DNA from: Moraxellaceae bacterium REDSEA-S32_B1
GTDB lineage: Bacteria; Pseudomonadota; Gammaproteobacteria; Pseudomonadales; Moraxellaceae
Reading direction: 5' to 3'
DNA length: 64,000 bases
Assembly (NCBI GenBank): GCA_001626925.1
Contig: LUOR01000012.1
Location: 856-64,855, forward strand
Position numbers and translations under genes: made by a program. Below the pieces are notes generated by a model. The model had not been told where the DNA came from, did no database searches, and worked only from the letters and a program-made list of their open reading frames with translations. Shown here piece after piece: positions 54,863 through 64,000 of the stretch. Positions within the stretch are counted from its first letter, which is position 1, and the number at the start of each line of letters is the position of its first letter.

Positions 54863-55096
54863 TAAGAGATGCTTAATATGATTTAAATCAATCTTAAAAT
54901 TTATAAGCTGTACTTAAGCCCTGACCTCGTTTCAGGGCTTTTTGTTGAACAATGCTCTATGAAAATTACATGGCGACACACTTCTTGATCGAACCCTTAC
55001 ACCTGTTCATCTGAATCAGCATTAAATTTGGCATTAAAACTGCTTAACATACACGTGTAATCCATTACATGAACAAAGCGTTCGAAGGAGTTCGAT

Positions 55097-55354
55097 ATGA
55101 AAATTCAAGAAAACCTACACTGCTTAAACAACCTTAAACACATCAAACAACTGCATGATGCAGGCATTGATGTGGATGTCATTGCACATTTTTTTCAGTC
55201 AGAGAATATTCCGCTCAGTGCAGATCAGATTGTGCATATTTTGCACTCGATTGATGCGCTGAATAAAAAACAGATTCCATCAAGCAAGCTTACTGCGCTG
55301 ATGAGTGCCAAAGCCGATATTGCCGAATCAGAACAAATCCCTTGTCCAGTTTAA
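55097..55354 (+). CDS. Hypothetical protein
   Basis: AAGGAG SD; followed by a TTGAGTGCTT...AAGCACTCAA hairpin. Confidence 0.75.
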   Translation: MKIQENLHCLNNLKHIKQLHDAGIDVDVIAHFFQSENIPLSADQIVHILHSIDALNKKQIPSSKLTALMSAKADIAESEQIPCPV

Positions 55355-55543
55355 GGGCACTCTTTCCTGTCCGTAGTTCCGAAAGATTGAGTGCTTATAT
55401 CTAAAAGCACTCAATTTAAAAGTACAAAATTTACTTTAGGTGTATTTAAAGTTCATTCGCCTATTCATTGCGTTGCTTTATCGGATCTTTGCATGAATTG
55501 ATTGAAAATTAGCTCGCCGAGTTGTAATTCAGTGCAAATAGAC

Positions 55544-55571
55544 TTGACCATTGATAAAATCTGTCTATAAT
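55544..55571 (+). promoter_or_regulatory. Promoter of tRNA-Asn copy 1
   Basis: TTGACC-N16-TATAAT. Confidence 0.8.
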
Positions 55572-55577
55572 CGCTTG

Positions 55578-55663
55578 CACATTCTCCCATAGCTCAGTCG
55601 GTAGAGCGACGGACTGTTAATCCGCAGGTCCCTGGTTCGAGCCCAGGTGGGAGAGCCAAAATA
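55578..55663 (+). repeat. 86-bp direct repeat copy 1 (tRNA-Asn plus 5 nt each side)
   Basis: Identical to 58389-58474. Confidence 0.95.
55583..55658 (+). tRNA. tRNA-Asn (GTT)
   Basis: 76-nt cloverleaf with loop CTGTTAA, TTCGAGC T-loop and CCA. Confidence 0.99.
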
Positions 55664-55669
55664 CGAAAG

Positions 55670-55698
55670 AGCCTAGATCATTGATCTAGGCTTTTTTA
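55670..55698. terminator. Bidirectional terminator tRNA-Asn/tyrB
   Basis: AGCCTAGATC-ATT-GATCTAGGCT plus a T run. Confidence 0.88.
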
Positions 55699-55779
55699 TT
55701 TTCGATAACTACATCAAGATCAGGCAAATAAATAGCACCTATTTAAGATGCTATTTCCTGATTTTATTTACTAAAAAAT

Positions 55780-56973
55780 TTATAAAACTTTTGCAATCGA
55801 CTCAGCCACATAATTAATATTACGCTGATTCAGACCAGACACACAGATACGCCCAGAACGCACCAAATACACGCCGAATTCTTCTTTTAAACGATCGACT
55901 TGCTCAGCGCTCAAGCCTGTATAGCTAAACATGCCCTGCTGTGCCGTGAGATAGTCAAAATTGCCATTTGGCACAAGTTCAAGCAAACGGCTACGCAACT
56001 GATCACGTACCGCAAAAATACGCGTACGCATTTGTTCTAGCTCATCTAGCCACATTTGCTTTAAATTTTCATCATTCAAGATGATGTTGACTAAACCTGC
56101 GCCTGTGGTTGGTGGGCTCGAATAGTTACGACGTACAGTTGCTTTGAGTTGACCTAAAACACGTGATGCTTCTTCTGCATCTTGGCAGACAAAAGACAAT
56201 CCACCGACACGCTCACCATACAATGAGAAGATTTTTGAGAATGAATTACTCACCACATATTTCACATCGGTCTTTGCCAACGCACGAATGAGATAAGCAT
56301 CTTGCTCCACACCCTGACCAAAGCCTTGATAGGCAATATCCAAGAAAGGAATCAGTTGTTTTGCTTTGAGAATCTCGATCACTTGATCCCACTGTTCAGG
56401 GCTTAAATCCGCACCAGTTGGATTGTGGCAACATGGGTGAAGTAAAACTATGCTTTGTGGTGACAACGTATTTAAATCTTCACACATCGCTTCGAAGTTC
56501 ACTTGGCGAGTATCATGATCAAAATAACGGTAGGTATGCGTCTTAAAGCCTGCACCTGAGAAAATCGCAACGTGGTTATCCCAAGTTGGATTACTCACCC
56601 AAACTTCTGACTGTGGAAAATAATTTTTAAGAAAATCCGCACCGACTTTCAACGCACCAGAGCCACCTAAAGTTTGAATGGTTGCAATGCGCTTTGCTTG
56701 AATGGCTTGGCTATCTGCTCCAAATAATAAAGCTTGAATCGCCTGACGATAGCCTGCCATGCCTTCCATTGGGAGGTACAATTTTGCTTCATCATTATGC
56801 GTTGCATATTGTTTTTGTGCTTCACGAACCGCTTGTAGCTGTGGCACAACGCTTTGCTCATCGTAATACAAACCAATGCTCAGGTTGACTTTATGCGTAC
56901 GTGGATCAACTTTGAAATCTTCCATCAATGACAGAATCGGATCGCCTGCATAGGCAGGAACTTGTTCAAACAT
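55780..56973 (-). CDS. tyrB: Aromatic amino-acid aminotransferase
   Basis: [44 protein letters not shown]. Confidence 0.9.
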   Translation of the reverse strand: MFEQVPAYAGDPILSLMEDFKVDPRTHKVNLSIGLYYDEQSVVPQLQAVREAQKQYATHNDEAKLYLPMEGMAGYRQAIQALLFGADSQAIQAKRIATIQTLGGSGALKVGADFLKNYFPQSEVWVSNPTWDNHVAIFSGAGFKTHTYRYFDHDTRQVNFEAMCEDLNTLSPQSIVLLHPCCHNPTGADLSPEQWDQVIEILKAKQLIPFLDIAYQGFGQGVEQDAYLIRALAKTDVKYVVSNSFSKIFSLYGERVGGLSFVCQDAEEASRVLGQLKATVRRNYSSPPTTGAGLVNIILNDENLKQMWLDELEQMRTRIFAVRDQLRSRLLELVPNGNFDYLTAQQGMFSYTGLSAEQVDRLKEEFGVYLVRSGRICVSGLNQRNINYVAESIAKVL

Positions 56974-57033
56974 AGCTATTCCTTAAACAACTCATTATTA
57001 CAATGCTTATTAGTAAATTGACTATTCTAAGCA

Positions 57034-57693
57034 CTAAACCACGTAGCGATCTGGACGATGATTAATCGTCAAAATCAAATTCAACACCACAGCACCCAAG
57101 ATCGAAATCACTAGTAATGGCACACTAATAAATATGGTCGATGCCAACAATACACTGATATCTAAACCCATTTGCACCTTGCCTGCCGAGATGCCATAAC
57201 GCTCTTGCAGATATAACGCCAACAGATTAAAGCCGCCTAGACTCGAGCGATGGCGAAATAATATCAAAAATCCAATTCCGATCAAGAGATTGGCAAGCAC
57301 CGTACCATAAACTGGCGTAATGCCATCAAGATGAATAAAGTGCGGATGAAGCTCAGTCAAGACAGATAATAAACCAACAGCAATTATGGTTTTAATCACC
57401 ATCTGCATGCCTAGGCGTTTATACGCAAGATAATAAAAAGGAATATTAATCAAAAAGAAAATCACACCAAACTTAATCCCCGTCGCATAATGCACCAACA
57501 ACGCAAAACCCGCTGTACCACCTGTCAAAGTATGCGCTTGTTGCATCAAAAGCATGGCAAATGAGATCAGAAAAGTACCGATAACCATCGCCATGGCATC
57601 TTCCAAATGCGAATGTTTAGGCTTATTCTGCGGTTCATCTTGCATCGTCAAAGATTGCTCTACAGTATCTATAGCAATATTAGTCAAGCTCAA
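57034..57693 (-). CDS. YitT-family membrane protein
   Basis: GGTAG.AL, INIPFY, SSLGG..LAL; exact start uncertain (57693, 57687 or 57645). Confidence 0.85.
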   Translation of the reverse strand: MSLTNIAIDTVEQSLTMQDEPQNKPKHSHLEDAMAMVIGTFLISFAMLLMQQAHTLTGGTAGFALLVHYATGIKFGVIFFLINIPFYYLAYKRLGMQMVIKTIIAVGLLSVLTELHPHFIHLDGITPVYGTVLANLLIGIGFLILFRHRSSLGGFNLLALYLQERYGISAGKVQMGLDISVLLASTIFISVPLLVISILGAVVLNLILTINHRPDRYVV

Positions 57694-58171
57694 CTCCTCT
57701 CACAATGTGGCTCATCATTTGGTGATTCTCTTTAATCCGTTCAAGCACGATCGAGGTATGGAAATTACCGATACCCAAATCGAGTGCGGTGATTTTATTG
57801 ATCAACACACTCATTTGCGCCAAATCTTCAGCAGTCACTTTCAGCAGATAATCGTAGCTTCCTGTGAGCTTATAGACATCACGAATCATCGGCTCATGTT
57901 CGATAAACGCTAAAAACTGATCCAACACCATTTGGCTATATTGCGTCAACTTAATCTCAAGCATACCTACAATCGGATGTCGCTCAGCTTCAGGATGCAA
58001 TTGCGCATAATACCCAACAATCATGCCCTTTTGCTCAAGTGCCACACGACGACGTGAACATTGTGACATCGATAAACCGACGAGCTCGGCGAGCTCCTGA
58101 TTACTCAAACGACCATTCATTTGAAGTTGCGTCAAAATCTTATGGTCAAAATCATCTAATTGATCACTCAT
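57680..58171 (-). CDS. Lrp/AsnC-family regulator
   Basis: LDDFD.KIL..LQ.NGR.SN.ELA..VGLS.S.C.RR; TGSYDYLLKV. Confidence 0.93.
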   Translation of the reverse strand: MSDQLDDFDHKILTQLQMNGRLSNQELAELVGLSMSQCSRRRVALEQKGMIVGYYAQLHPEAERHPIVGMLEIKLTQYSQMVLDQFLAFIEHEPMIRDVYKLTGSYDYLLKVTAEDLAQMSVLINKITALDLGIGNFHTSIVLERIKENHQMMSHIVRGVELD

Positions 58172-58353
58172 AGATTACCTTGCATTTTTATATTCTTGAG
58201 CGTAAAGAAAATGCACATATTTTGCATTTTATTAATTTTATCACAAATATATTGCAAGTTTTAATTATTTTAATCATGCTTAAGAACTTCTTATCAATTC
58301 ATAATGAAAATGTTTAATAAACCTGCAATCAAACGATGCCTCGCATTTACGTC

Positions 58354-58382
58354 TTGACCTCTACCTTGGTAACACCTAAAAT
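58354..58382 (+). promoter_or_regulatory. Promoter of tRNA-Asn copy 2
   Basis: TTGACC-N17-TAAAAT. Confidence 0.75.
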
Positions 58383-58388
58383 GCCAAC

Positions 58389-58474
58389 CACATTCTCCCA
58401 TAGCTCAGTCGGTAGAGCGACGGACTGTTAATCCGCAGGTCCCTGGTTCGAGCCCAGGTGGGAGAGCCAAAATA
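58389..58474 (+). repeat. 86-bp direct repeat copy 2
   Basis: Identical to 55578-55663. Confidence 0.95.
58394..58469 (+). tRNA. tRNA-Asn (GTT), identical second copy
   Basis: Same 76-nt sequence as 55583-55658. Confidence 0.99.
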
Positions 58475-58475
58475 T

Positions 58476-58507
58476 AAAAAGCCCAGATTTTATAATCTAG
58501 GCTTTTT
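58476..58507 (+). terminator. Terminator of tRNA-Asn copy 2
   Basis: AAAAAGCC-C-AGATT-N4-AATCT-A-GGCTTTTT; related to the copy 1 terminator. Confidence 0.8.
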
Positions 58508-58558
58508 TCTTTTTAACTCAAAATCGTAGTATCTAAAAAAACAAACCATTGAGCAAAA

Positions 58559-58580
58559 AATCGGCGATAGCACGCCGATT
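58559..58580 (-). terminator. fil operon terminator
   Basis: AATCGGCG-N6-CGCCGATT followed by a U run on the minus strand. Confidence 0.75.
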
Positions 58581-58593
58581 CTTTGTTTGATAA

Positions 58594-60519
58594 TTACTTG
58601 GTATTAATCGTATAACATTGATCTGTCAAATCAATCGATAATGTTCCCGCTATTCGATTATTTGCATTCGTAAGCTCAGCAGAAGGTTGCTCATTATCTT
58701 TTTCAGCTGCAGTGAGATAGACTGCTTTTTGAAGATTGTAATAGTTCACCCACGTCACGTTACTTGCGTCTTTATCAGCATCCGTTGCAAGAATACTTGG
58801 TAGTGCACCATCTTCAGCAAACTCATTTGCCGACGTATTGAGTAAGCTATGAATATTCAAGCGTACAGCATAATCCAATCCCAAAGCATTCCCGTTAAGC
58901 ACACCAAATTGATCTCCCGAGAGAATCATTCGCAAACTTAAACTACGGTCTTGCTGTGTATTTTGGTTATTAGTGGCTGCTACTGTACCAATACGGTATT
59001 GTTGAATACCATTGCTATCAATTGGGTTGGCAACACTTGCATCTGCTACTACACTGCAAACACCAGACATATCACTCGCTGTTGGATTGGGTCCAATATC
59101 GGTGCGAATATCACCATTCTCATCGATCACAATCCCGAGTTTGACATCGTCTAAATCACTTTCTTCAGGATATGCAAAAGTAACCGTTGCATAGAGTGGA
59201 AAGTAATAATCTTCGCCATCTTCCACTGTATTAATCGATTTAAAGACTTGATTTTCTAGATAACTAATCGGTAAGGCTTTAATAATATCGACACCGCCAG
59301 AATATTGTGCCTCTGTGGCATCTAAGGTCCATTTCGCAAGATCAGATGCAACCACGGTATCTGTGCGTGCAGCATATTTATAGAAAGCATCCGAGCCTGC
59401 AATCGCATAGTCGTTGATTAATCGTCCTTGATTAAAGGTCATCTCTTCATCCGCAGCAGTAATCAACCTAAATCGATCGCCTGTTGCAAGACGTTTATTA
59501 ATTGGATTAATAAAATCAGTCTGAGCATCAGCATACATCATGATTGGATCGACACGTGTCGTTAGACTGATTGCACCTGTGACTACTGACTGCGCATCTT
59601 CAATTGGTTTTCCACGCCATTGAATACCATAACCATGGGTGAAACCACTTCGATCACTCATCAAATACAGTTCTCCAAGCAATGTGGTATTTCCAGAACT
59701 GTCTTGACCAACCATCCCTTCATAACCTGATGCAACACCACTGACAGAGGTCTGATAAAAAGCACCTAAGGTCATATATGAAGCTTTTTTCAATACTGCC
59801 AAAGCCTGTGCATCACTGACTTCCGTCACATCAATCCAAGGCATCATGATTTCGGCATAACGCCCTGATTCTAAATCTTCGTAGTTTACCGACGCAGTAA
59901 TATTGGTTAAGCCCTCTAGAGTGATCTCATCAAGTATGAGTGGCTGAATATCTCCAATCACATTACGGTTGCTTTCTTCACCAGCAGGATTTTTCTGATG
60001 ACCAATTGCTTGAAAAATCTTCACCAAATTCATCGCCACTTGAACAGTATCATCACTTTCTGACAAAGACTGTGCTGCTGATCCAGTAACGCCTTTCGCC
60101 ATATCTAACAAAGTTAAATGTACTGGTGCATTTTCAGCATTAATTTCGCCTAAGTCAGCGAGCTCAACACTGCCAAACTCAATACGATAGTCTTCTGTGT
60201 CGTTTTGATCATCAGTCACATTTAAGAAGAAAGTTACCGTATCATCTTTATCACAACCACCTGTTACCTGATTACCATTGAGCTTGGTGGAAAAAGTATT
60301 GATGTTGTCTTTACCACAACTATATTGCAGACCTGCGACAGGATATTCCATTAAAAATACAAAACAATTGTCACTACCCTCGACCGTACAACCTACGGCA
60401 GTGGTTGCCTCTGGTTTGATTGCAGGATCCTCATTGATATTATTACTTCCACCACCGCAAGCAGCCAGCATTAGGCTCATCACAGAAAATGAAAATGGGA
60501 TAAATAAATTCTTCATCAC
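58594..60519 (-). CDS. filF: FilF-like lipoprotein
   Basis: Lipobox LAAC-GGG; EYPVAGLQY; last gene of a filC-D-E-F order typical of Acinetobacter. Confidence 0.8.
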   Translation of the reverse strand: MMKNLFIPFSFSVMSLMLAACGGGSNNINEDPAIKPEATTAVGCTVEGSDNCFVFLMEYPVAGLQYSCGKDNINTFSTKLNGNQVTGGCDKDDTVTFFLNVTDDQNDTEDYRIEFGSVELADLGEINAENAPVHLTLLDMAKGVTGSAAQSLSESDDTVQVAMNLVKIFQAIGHQKNPAGEESNRNVIGDIQPLILDEITLEGLTNITASVNYEDLESGRYAEIMMPWIDVTEVSDAQALAVLKKASYMTLGAFYQTSVSGVASGYEGMVGQDSSGNTTLLGELYLMSDRSGFTHGYGIQWRGKPIEDAQSVVTGAISLTTRVDPIMMYADAQTDFINPINKRLATGDRFRLITAADEEMTFNQGRLINDYAIAGSDAFYKYAARTDTVVASDLAKWTLDATEAQYSGGVDIIKALPISYLENQVFKSINTVEDGEDYYFPLYATVTFAYPEESDLDDVKLGIVIDENGDIRTDIGPNPTASDMSGVCSVVADASVANPIDSNGIQQYRIGTVAATNNQNTQQDRSLSLRMILSGDQFGVLNGNALGLDYAVRLNIHSLLNTSANEFAEDGALPSILATDADKDASNVTWVNYYNLQKAVYLTAAEKDNEQPSAELTNANNRIAGTLSIDLTDQCYTINTK

Positions 60520-60561
60520 TTTTGTCCTTAAATTTTCTTAATCCACTGTATCAAAATACGT

Positions 60562-61854
60562 CTAGCGCAACACAGTGAGTTTAATTTGTCCTTCATTACT
60601 TAATTTGAGCTGCGGTACATCAGCACCATACTCAAGCGCACTGAGCATCAGGTACTGGCTATCTTTGGGCACATGGATTACGCCATCAATCGAGGAGGAT
60701 TGCAACATTGTTGCAGGATTTGTTTGTGTATGAAATGCACTCGCTCCCTCTAAAACACAACCGTTTTGATCTAAAAAAATCGCAACTGGCCAATAATAAG
60801 TCGGTGATTTGTTATTACTGGCATATGATGTAATTTTGAGGTTTTGTACTTCTTTGTCAAAGTCGAGGAGCTCAAAATCAAACTCTTCATTGAATGGCGC
60901 ACGTGGGAAAAAGGATACCGAATCATTACGACCAAAGTTTTTACTCTTACGAATCGCTTTATCATCGACACATTGCACAGGGATCGCTTGAGCGAGTTCA
61001 GCTTTTGAAATCACATGATAATCTGTGCCTAATGCGACAACTGTTTCATGTGGCTTTTGCTCTACGCCACGGAATACTGTCATATCAACGCCTTTTTGAC
61101 GTTCGAGCACTTCCCAGTTTGCAGCACCTGAGCTCACACCATCTACACCTGAAGGGATTTGATAAAAGCGCTTTCTATCTTCAAGATTAAACTCTTTAGA
61201 TTCTAAGTATTCTGCTTGATAGTATTTTTCACCATCTATCACTCGGTAAGGTGCATCTTCAGATGACTCAGCGACAGGTATTTGTATACTTCCTATTGGT
61301 GCATCTACTACGGTGTTCTGTTGCTGTACAGATTCTACCTTGGTCGATTGCGATACTTTTGGATCAACCACATCTGAAACTGGCACAGCTTTTGAGACTG
61401 AAGATTGTTTCGCTTTGACTTTACTTGTTACAGACCGAACTTCTTTACGCACATCTGCACTTTTTTGGGGAACTTGAGGTGCAACCACATTCGCCGTTGC
61501 TACTTTAGAGTGAGTATTCTCAGCGGTTTTAAGCTGTCTCACAGGCTCTGATTTACCAGTGTTTGCAGCCGTATCAGGTGCTTTACGATTATCCTTTGAA
61601 AATAATCTAAACCACGATTTCTTTTCAGATTTGTCGTCATTGGTACTTTGTTTTTTAAGACGACGATCTCGATCTGTATTTTTTGAGGTATCAGGCTTTT
61701 GCACTGGCACGACCATTGGCAAACCATCAGGCCCAATAATCGTAATCAGATCATTACTGTTGGCAGAGCTAGATTGCCCAACAGCAATCGCAAAAACAGC
61801 AAGAAACACTTTGTTCCGTTGCTGTAAGCATTTTTCAATGAAAAATTGTTGCAT
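60562..61854 (-). CDS. filE: FilE-like protein (low-complexity N-half, MalM-like C-domain)
   Basis: IIGPDG.PMVV; DGEKYY.AEYLE.KEFNLE..KRFY; YYWP...FLD..GC.LEG. Confidence 0.8.
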   Translation of the reverse strand: MQQFFIEKCLQQRNKVFLAVFAIAVGQSSSANSNDLITIIGPDGLPMVVPVQKPDTSKNTDRDRRLKKQSTNDDKSEKKSWFRLFSKDNRKAPDTAANTGKSEPVRQLKTAENTHSKVATANVVAPQVPQKSADVRKEVRSVTSKVKAKQSSVSKAVPVSDVVDPKVSQSTKVESVQQQNTVVDAPIGSIQIPVAESSEDAPYRVIDGEKYYQAEYLESKEFNLEDRKRFYQIPSGVDGVSSGAANWEVLERQKGVDMTVFRGVEQKPHETVVALGTDYHVISKAELAQAIPVQCVDDKAIRKSKNFGRNDSVSFFPRAPFNEEFDFELLDFDKEVQNLKITSYASNNKSPTYYWPVAIFLDQNGCVLEGASAFHTQTNPATMLQSSSIDGVIHVPKDSQYLMLSALEYGADVPQLKLSNEGQIKLTVLR

Positions 61855-61867
61855 TTTACCTTACCGA

Positions 61868-63532
61868 TTACCAGCGAGTACGATAGACAATACCCGCCAA
61901 ATTGACTTTAGTATTTGTGCTGATATCTAAACCTGCATAAGGGTTGTAGAGAATATTACCTACCCCTGTTTCATTCGCCATGCTACTGGTATTTGCTGGA
62001 ATTTGATCGCGACTACGTAAATGTGCATAGGTCAGATCAATATCCGTATCAGGGTCAAACTTATACGTTAAGCCCATACCAAACAGTTGCGCATTATTGA
62101 TCGGTACCATTGGGTTACGCTTATCATCTGGAATCGCAGACGTTCGAGGCTCATAGCCTAAACGTAACTGTAAACGATCCGTTGCGTCGTACTGAACACC
62201 TACACCCCAGTTCCATGATGATTGAAAGCCGATCGGCAACGAAATTGAGTTTGGTGTAATATTATTCGACAACAATTTTGCAACTTGTAATACCGATAAG
62301 CTACGATCGAATTGAATATCTAAACTTTCCCACTCATCCCAATCTGTCCAGCCTACATCGACGTTCACTTGCACGTCAGGCAAAATTTTATATTTTATGC
62401 CTGCTTGAAAATGTTGCGGATAATTCAAATCAATCGTAGCCAAACCACTTTCAGTCGGTGGAACATACGATGGAAAACCTAAAATAGCTGAGAGGATTTG
62501 ACCTGTCACCGAAGTATTCAAGGCATTGGTTAAGTCCTGCGCACCTTGACCATTGGTGATGTGGAACTTCCCTTTCAGCTGCATTTTACTTTCGCTTTGA
62601 TAGACAAGACCTAAACCAAAGTTATCGGTTGGCTCCCAAAGCAGACCCAAGTTATAACTTGGGGTCAATGTTTGCTCTACGGCGAGTTCCAGTTTTGCTA
62701 ATTTGTCAAATGGTCCAAGCGACTCTTCTGCATTACACATCCCGAACAGAAGCAAATCCCCCACGCTGTTGCCATTTTCCTTAAATGGCGCGCAGACATC
62801 TTCATCAATCAAACGCAATACACCAACCAAATCATTGGGCGCACGCATATCTGTATTCAGTGCAACAGCTTGATAAGACATCCCGATCGACGCACCTAAT
62901 GAGAGTTCATCATTGACTTGGTATGCCGCAGAAGGTGACAAATAAGTAATCCGCTCAAGTGCAACTTGTTGCCCCATATAGTTTCCAGGATTGCCATCTT
63001 CTGCACCAAAACCTGCAATCATCGGTGCATACATTGCCGTCGCATAAGTGACTTTAGAACCTGGTGGACGATAAGCTACACCAAAAGTTGGTGCGGCAAT
63101 TGGCATCCCTTTACCTAGGTCAACCATTTTCTTTAAGACTGGAACATACAAGGTCGGGTACTCGACATCCCCTTCTACAGTGCCTTTATAGTCGGTACAC
63201 AAGCTAGAAGGGTTCGCCTCGTCATCATTACAAACCAGCGGGTCATCAGAATAACCAAACACACCATAACCTTCAGGTGCAGTCCACTCTCGCCCAATAT
63301 CAAAATGCGCAATGATCCCTTGTAGATCAGTTTGTAGACCATCGATCCGAGATAAACCAGCAGGGTTAAAGTGAATCGAGTTAATCCCGGGTGGATCAGC
63401 AGTCACTGCATTACCCATACTCAATGCTTTCATATCTACGGATAAATTTTGTCCGAGCTGAGCATGAGAGGTACTTGCAAGACCAACAATGGCGATCGCA
63501 GTTGCCAGTGGAGCAAATCGGAGTGCTTTCAT
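61868..63532 (-). CDS. filD: FilD, FadL/OmpP1-family outer membrane barrel
   Basis: KALSMGNAVTADPPG..SIHFNPAGL FadL-type N-terminus; C-terminal W. Confidence 0.85.
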   Translation of the reverse strand: MKALRFAPLATAIAIVGLASTSHAQLGQNLSVDMKALSMGNAVTADPPGINSIHFNPAGLSRIDGLQTDLQGIIAHFDIGREWTAPEGYGVFGYSDDPLVCNDDEANPSSLCTDYKGTVEGDVEYPTLYVPVLKKMVDLGKGMPIAAPTFGVAYRPPGSKVTYATAMYAPMIAGFGAEDGNPGNYMGQQVALERITYLSPSAAYQVNDELSLGASIGMSYQAVALNTDMRAPNDLVGVLRLIDEDVCAPFKENGNSVGDLLLFGMCNAEESLGPFDKLAKLELAVEQTLTPSYNLGLLWEPTDNFGLGLVYQSESKMQLKGKFHITNGQGAQDLTNALNTSVTGQILSAILGFPSYVPPTESGLATIDLNYPQHFQAGIKYKILPDVQVNVDVGWTDWDEWESLDIQFDRSLSVLQVAKLLSNNITPNSISLPIGFQSSWNWGVGVQYDATDRLQLRLGYEPRTSAIPDDKRNPMVPINNAQLFGMGLTYKFDPDTDIDLTYAHLRSRDQIPANTSSMANETGVGNILYNPYAGLDISTNTKVNLAGIVYRTRW

Positions 63533-63543
63533 TATTTCACTCC

Positions 63544-64000
63544 TTAGCGAACTCTTTTACCAAAGCCTAAGAAATCCAATGGGAAAGACAATCCTAAGCT
63601 AATATCGGGTGCATCCTCAGTTAATCCAATACCAACAGAGCCGTTGACAATGGTTTCAGGTGAAACACGCACACCAAGTGAGATTCCTAAACTTGCACTA
63701 CTTTGATCGGCAGGTTCTGAGCTTTCGCCACTGGTGAAAGTAAATTTAGATGCTGTATTGAAGCTTTGCTGATAGGACATAGTCATTGAAACATCATAGT
63801 TAAATGAATATGCATAACCAAATGCAAAACCACCACTAACACCTGGCTCAAATGAATCAAGCACTCGACCATTACCACGATTTTGATTTATATCTGTTTC
63901 TTTAAAACCGTAATTTGCAGAAACAGATGCAAACAATACGACTGGATCAATATACTTACGTGTACTTGCACCACCACCAACAGAATAATAGCCTTTACCT
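63544..64000 (-). CDS. filC: FilC-like outer membrane transporter, partial (runs off window end)
   Basis: Frame is open to the window end (GKGYYSVGGGASTRKYIDPVVLFAS...); ends GIGLTEDAPD.SLGLSFP. Confidence 0.75.
   Translation of the reverse strand, partial: GKGYYSVGGGASTRKYIDPVVLFASVSANYGFKETDINQNRGNGRVLDSFEPGVSGGFAFGYAYSFNYDVSMTMSYQQSFNTASKFTFTSGESSEPADQSSASLGISLGVRVSPETIVNGSVGIGLTEDAPDISLGLSFPLDFLGFGKRVR

Noticed and set aside
55583-58469. Duplicated tRNA-Asn as compensation for retron tRNA cleavage
   Set aside because: No sequence link; 30 kb away; the reported Ec78 target is tRNA-Tyr, and multi-copy tRNA-Asn is ordinary.

Overview
Chromosomal segment of an Acinetobacter-like Moraxellaceae bacterium, inferred from gene order and content (cysS, sbcCD, yggS-pilT-pilU, fur-bamE-rnfH, groESL, pckG, queF, rodA-mltB-rlpA, olsB-argB-PMM/PGM-dut-rep, two tRNA-Asn, filC-F). 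It carries two clear accessory inserts. (1) 1-6851 is the end of an integrative element beside tRNA-Gly(GCC), with a tyrosine integrase, excisionase, XRE regulator, a TetR-nemA-oxidoreductase module (nemA has an in-frame stop at codon 7) and a patch of toxin-antitoxin-like genes; the other end lies outside the window. (2) 22334-25807 is an AT-rich, apparently intact type I-A (Ec78/Ec83-like) retron anti-phage locus directly downstream of the groEL terminator: unannotated msr-msd ncRNA, RT, PtuA-like ATPase, PtuB-like HNH. The ncRNA can be modelled at base level (promoter, a1/a2 arms, branching G at 25764, msDNA starting TTGA, msd hairpin) and has two extra structural elements. Other points: a four-repeat Pho box upstream of olsB, a frameshifted LuxR regulator beside a lipoprotein sharing FilF's N-terminal domain, and an 86-bp tRNA-Asn direct repeat flanking a 2.7-kb cassette. 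No CRISPR array, rRNA or IS was seen. Family assignments come from motif recognition, not database searches.
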